Source: Eledone cirrhosa
Lineage: Eukaryota
Direction of reading: 5' to 3'
DNA length: 64,000 nt
Assembly: GCA_964016885.1 (NCBI GenBank)
Contig: OZ024752.1
Coordinates: forward strand, 38,750,001 to 38,814,000
Translations under genes and position numbers: made by a program
Notes under the pieces: model-generated
Database searches by the model: none
The model's input: only the letters and a program-made list of their open reading frames with translations
What the model was told of the DNA's origin: nothing
Shown here: one piece after another, positions 61,020 to 64,000 of the stretch
Numbering within the stretch: the stretch's first letter is position 1
Layout of the letters: each line of letters opens with the position of its first letter

Positions 61020-63897
61020 CCGTTTTACGTCCGTTCTTCCGCGCTAGCATGGGTTAGACGGGTTGTCCTGTTGTGGGCAGTGTCTGGTCGGCTGACCATC
61101 CCTTGCTCATACAGGAACTGATTTGGCTTGAATTCTACAGCTGGATGCCCTTCCTAACACCAACCTCATTTACAGTGAGTGCTGGGTGCTTTTTCGTGGC
61201 GCCTACACGTCCACTTTACAGTGTGGGCTGGGTGCTTTTTTGCCGTGTCACCTCCACGACCACCTTGCGGTGGGGGGTGTGGGGGCATATTGTCTATATG
61301 CCTCAATGACACTCTTTAATGTCTTTGGAGGTCTTCTGTGTTTGCATTTCACATTAGTGGGCTCCCATAGTAAAGGTTTTGTAGCAGGTTTGTTGTCTCT
61401 CATGACATGACCTACAAGTAGAAGACATCTGCCATGGATGGTATAGCAGGAGGTTGCCGTAGAGAATTTTGTTTGTAACAGTCAAAAGGAATCAAACTAA
61501 ACATGTTTAATTACTTTTATCTGCTTCATCACTTTTTTATAGTCACTTTCTCCCTGCTAAATGTAACAGTCAAACCTCCTCAATTAATAATATATAATAA
61601 TGAAATTATTGTGTACAGTGCTCAGGTGCACTACAACTCATCAAAGGTGCATGTATAGTACATAGAATAATGTACAAATGTCAGGAAAATGAACAGTGTA
61701 TGAGTCATGATATAATAATAATAATAATAATAATAATGAAATATTGTGTACAGTGCCCAGGTGCACCACAACTCATCAAAAAGTGCATGTACAGTACATA
61801 GGGCAATGCACAAACATCAGTAAAATGAACAGTGCACGAGTCATGATACACACATGTGTGCATGTGTATGGAAGGGGTACATCAGGTGTAGCCTTGGCAT
61901 ATTTCGGGAAGCATGAGTGTCTTAAAGGATGCAGTGTCTCGGCAGCAAACATCTTACTCCCTTTAACATAATCCATATACTTTTCAATTTCCAAATTTTA
62001 ACAGGCCTCCTACAATATAAGGTATTTTAGCAACTAGGGAGTTATTAAAATATTATATTTGCATATCTAAAGTACTTGAACTATGAAGGTTTTAAGCATT
62101 TGTTTTGGCTACCTCGGTGTTAAAGGTTATTAGTTCAAGTAGAATTAATCCAAGTGACACAAAAATAAGAACACTTTACCTATGACTTGGTTGTCACCTC
62201 TACCCCACTCACACATTTTATGTTGTCTATCATATTATCATGTAGTTAATTAACCAAAGCAACATAAAATTAAGAACACTTCACCTATTACTTAGTTGTC
62301 CCCTCCCCCACACCTTTTATTTTAATTATTATGTTATCATGTAGAGTTAACCAATATATCACTTAGTTGTCACCCCCACCCCACACTCATACCTTTTATC
62401 ATGCTATCTCCTCATACTGTAAAGTGGTCATGTAGGTGTCACGACAAAAAGCACCCAGTCCACACTGTAAAGTGGTCATGTAGGTGTCACAAAAAAAAGA
62501 AGCACTCAGTCCACACTGCAATGTGGTCGTGTAGGTGTCAGGACAAAAAGCGCCCAGTCCACACTGCAATATGGTCGTGTAGGTGTCGGGACAAAAAGCA
62601 CCCAGTCCACACTGCAATGTGGTCGTGTAGGTGTCAGGACAAAAAGCGCCCAGTCCATACTGTAATGTGGTCATGTAGGTGTCGGGACAAAAAGCACCCA
62701 GTCCACACTGTAAAGTGGTCATGTAGGTGTCACGACAAAAAGCACCCAGTCCACACTGTAAAGTGGTCATGTAGGTGTCAGGACAAAAAGCACCCAGTCC
62801 ACACTGTAAAGTGGTCATGTAGGTGTCAGGACAAAAAGCACCCAGTCCACACTGCAATGTGGTCGTGTAGGTGTCAGGACAAAAAGCGCCCAGTCCATAC
62901 TGTAATGTGGTCATGTAGGTGTCGGGACAAAAAGCACCCAGTCCACACTGTAAAGTGATCGTGTAGGTGTCACAAAAAAAAAGCACTCAGTCCACACTGC
63001 AATGTGGTCGTGTAGGTGTCAGGACAAAAAGCGCCCAGTCCACACTGCAATGTGGTTGTGTAGGTGTCGGGACAAAAAGCACCCAGTCCACACTGTAAAG
63101 TGGTCATGTAGGTGTCACGACAAAAAGCACCCAGTCCACACTGTAAAGTGGTCATGTAGGTGTCACGACAAAAAGCACCCAGTCCACACTGTAAAGTGGT
63201 CATGTAGGTGTCACGACAAAAAGCACCCAGTCCACACTGTAAAGTGGTCATGTAGGTGTCACGACAAAAAGCACCCAGTCCATACTGTAATGTGGTCTTG
63301 TAAGTGTCACAACAAAAAGCACCCAGTCCACACTGTAATGTGGTCATGTAGCCAACATGATAAAAAGTACCCAGCTCACACTATAAATGTGATTGGCATT
63401 CAGCTGTAGAAACCAAGCCAAAATCAGTTCTGTGTCAGCAAATCAGGGTCCCCTGACCTGATCCCTCACAAAGGGACATCCTGTCCTACCCATGCTAGAG
63501 TGGAAGATGGATGTTAAATGATGATGGTGGTGATGAGCTCTGATATGTTAGTGAAACCAATGAACCTAGCTAAAACTATACTTTCTTTATTTCAGCTACT
63601 CCAGCTGATGTGTCTCTGTTGATGCAGCTCGGTGTTGACGGAGTGTTTGTAGGCTCTGGTATCTTCAAAAGTAGTTTACCGAAGAAACGTGCTAAAGCAA
63701 TGGCACAAGCTGTGACCCACTACAATGAACCTTCAGTCCTTGCTGAATTGAGTGAGGATTTGGGTGAAGCTATGTTTGGAATCCCACATTCTGATCAACC
63801 ACAACATAAAAGACGCGAAGGACCAATAGGAGAGGAAGTGAAGATTTGGAATGCCACTCTAAGCAATCAAAATTCTTCAACTAAAATAAGCAGCTGA
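40993..63897 (+). CDS. PDX1: Pyridoxal 5'-phosphate synthase, synthase subunit (PDX1/SNZ/PdxS family); join(40993..41029,53206..53268,55330..55430,56083..56163,56943..57063,58581..58727,59709..59891,63596..63897), about 344 aa
   Basis: Exons total 1035 nt in frame. Family motifs: [113 protein letters not shown]. This is the vitamin B6 enzyme, not the Pdx1 homeobox gene. The first exon is tentative. Confidence 0.93.
44126..44314. mobile_element. Hairpin-plus-tail element in (TA)n, copy 3 (inverted)
   Basis: Reverse orientation of the same family. Confidence 0.7.
45141..46102. mobile_element. Mariner-like MITE with its 3' 109 bp amplified 8 times
   Basis: TA-CAAGGGTATGCTGAAAAGTTC ... GAACTTTTCAGCCGACCCTCG-TA termini; 109-bp period from about 45232. 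Confidence 0.85.
49394..49726. mobile_element. hAT (Charlie/Buster-like) MITE 1 containing a SINE B insertion
   Basis: CAGAAGTTCTCAAA...TTTGAGAACCTTTG termini; flanks CTCTAAAA and CTCTAAAC. Confidence 0.75.
49735..50043. mobile_element. hAT (Charlie/Buster-like) MITE 2
   Basis: CAGTGATTCTCAAC...GTTGAGAACCCCTG termini with a perfect 8-bp TSD CTCTAAAC. Confidence 0.85.
52518..52800 (-). mobile_element. Dimeric LINE-like 3' tail fragment with (ATT)n
   Basis: Near-identical to 61595-61880; a related monomer lies at 35450-36020, split by SINEs. Confidence 0.6.
53206..53268 (+). CDS. PDX1: PLP synthase exon 2
   Basis: ttctag|(D)[20 protein letters not shown](G)|gtgagg; splicing gives [15 protein letters not shown], resembling PdxS N-termini. 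Confidence 0.75.
53520..53685. repeat. About 28-bp tandem repeat (TTAATGTACAACTTCATAAAACTAGGTT), about 6 copies
   Basis: Direct inspection. Confidence 0.85.
53906..54287. mobile_element. Old MITE with imperfect 21-bp TIRs
   Basis: TACTCTCATGTCTCAAATAAT versus reverse complement TACTCTTGGGTCCCAAATAAT. Confidence 0.5.
54515..54790 (-). mobile_element. tRNA-derived SINE with a family A head and a different tail
   Basis: Reverse-complement A/B boxes and CORE-like body followed by unrelated 3' sequence. Confidence 0.7.
55330..55430 (+). CDS. PDX1: PLP synthase exon 3
   Basis: [33 protein letters not shown]|gtgagt. Confidence 0.94.
56083..56163 (+). CDS. PDX1: PLP synthase exon 4
   Basis: cag|[27 protein letters not shown]|gtaagt. 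Confidence 0.94.
56943..57063 (+). CDS. PDX1: PLP synthase exon 5
   Basis: aag|[40 protein letters not shown]|gtaaat. Confidence 0.94.
57245..57578. mobile_element. Old pogo/Tigger-like MITE
   Basis: CAGTGGAACCTC left end and degenerate ..AAGCTCCCATTG-TA right end. Confidence 0.55.
57663..57932 (+). mobile_element. RTE LINE 3' UTR fragment
   Basis: Near-identical to about 2581-2890, with a (GAT)n tail. Confidence 0.88.
58581..58727 (+). CDS. PDX1: PLP synthase exon 6
   Basis: tag|[48 protein letters not shown]|gtatag. Confidence 0.94.
58797..59267 (+). mobile_element. RTE LINE 3' fragment with a modular 3' UTR
   Basis: [22 protein letters not shown]...[12 protein letters not shown] end, hairpin modules and a (GAT)n tail. 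Confidence 0.88.
59709..59891 (+). CDS. PDX1: PLP synthase exon 7
   Basis: cag|[16 protein letters not shown]...[13 protein letters not shown]|gtaagc. Confidence 0.94.
59996..60561 (+). mobile_element. SINE family B with its 95-bp 3' half repeated 5 times
   Basis: Units start at 60087, 60182, 60277, 60372 and 60467. Confidence 0.9.
60987..61305 (-). mobile_element. RTE LINE 3' UTR fragment, inverted relative to 58960-59267
   Basis: Reverse-complement match including the (ATC)n tail. Confidence 0.88.
62410..63534 (+). repeat. 48-bp module array (about 20 copies) ending in an RTE-type tail, just upstream of the last PDX1 exon
   Basis: Same unit as 29633-30770, then CAGCTGTAGAAACCAAGCC...CCCATGCTAGAGTGGAAGATGGATGTTAAATGATGATG. 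Confidence 0.92.
63596..63897 (+). CDS. PDX1: PLP synthase exon 8 (terminal)
   Basis: ttcag|[25 protein letters not shown]...STKISS-TGA. Confidence 0.93.
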
Positions 63898-64000
63898 TGA
63901 CAATCCATAACTGCACAGGCTGATGAAACGGTCCTTTTTTATAATGACAATTTTTAACCCAAATCCTGAAATTCTCGACAAATATTTTATTTTTTCTATT

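Noticed and set aside
53206-63897. Bacterial contamination or a recent raw horizontal transfer of pdxS
   Set aside because: The gene has multiple spliceosomal introns filled with host SINEs and MITEs. An ancient transfer cannot be excluded without a phylogeny.

Overview
AT-rich, repeat-dense eukaryotic (animal) genomic DNA. The SINE and RTE repertoire resembles that of octopod cephalopods; this is an inference from recalled families, not a database result. Three spliced genes were assembled by hand with GT-AG sites and consistent exon phases: (1) the 3' end of a mucin-like type I membrane protein (+, exons 53-145, 527-593, 3912-5296); (2) a complete 9-exon NOSIP gene (-, 33001 to 10758, 293 aa); (3) a divergently oriented, intron-containing PDX1/SNZ pyridoxal 5'-phosphate synthase gene (+, core exons 53206-63897, probable first exon 40993-41029, about 344 aa, catalytic residues intact). 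Introns and intergenic DNA hold RTE LINEs (one with a PHD finger inside the RT), at least three tRNA-derived SINE families, piggyBac-, mariner- and hAT-like MITEs, Penelope-like remnants (one with a minimal hammerhead ribozyme), a CRE-like LINE remnant and many tandem arrays. Most of the large arrays trace to a piece of a transposable element present in the same window, including a 4.7-kb 23-bp satellite matching RTE coding sequence. Most long ORFs in the supplied track are repeat artefacts.
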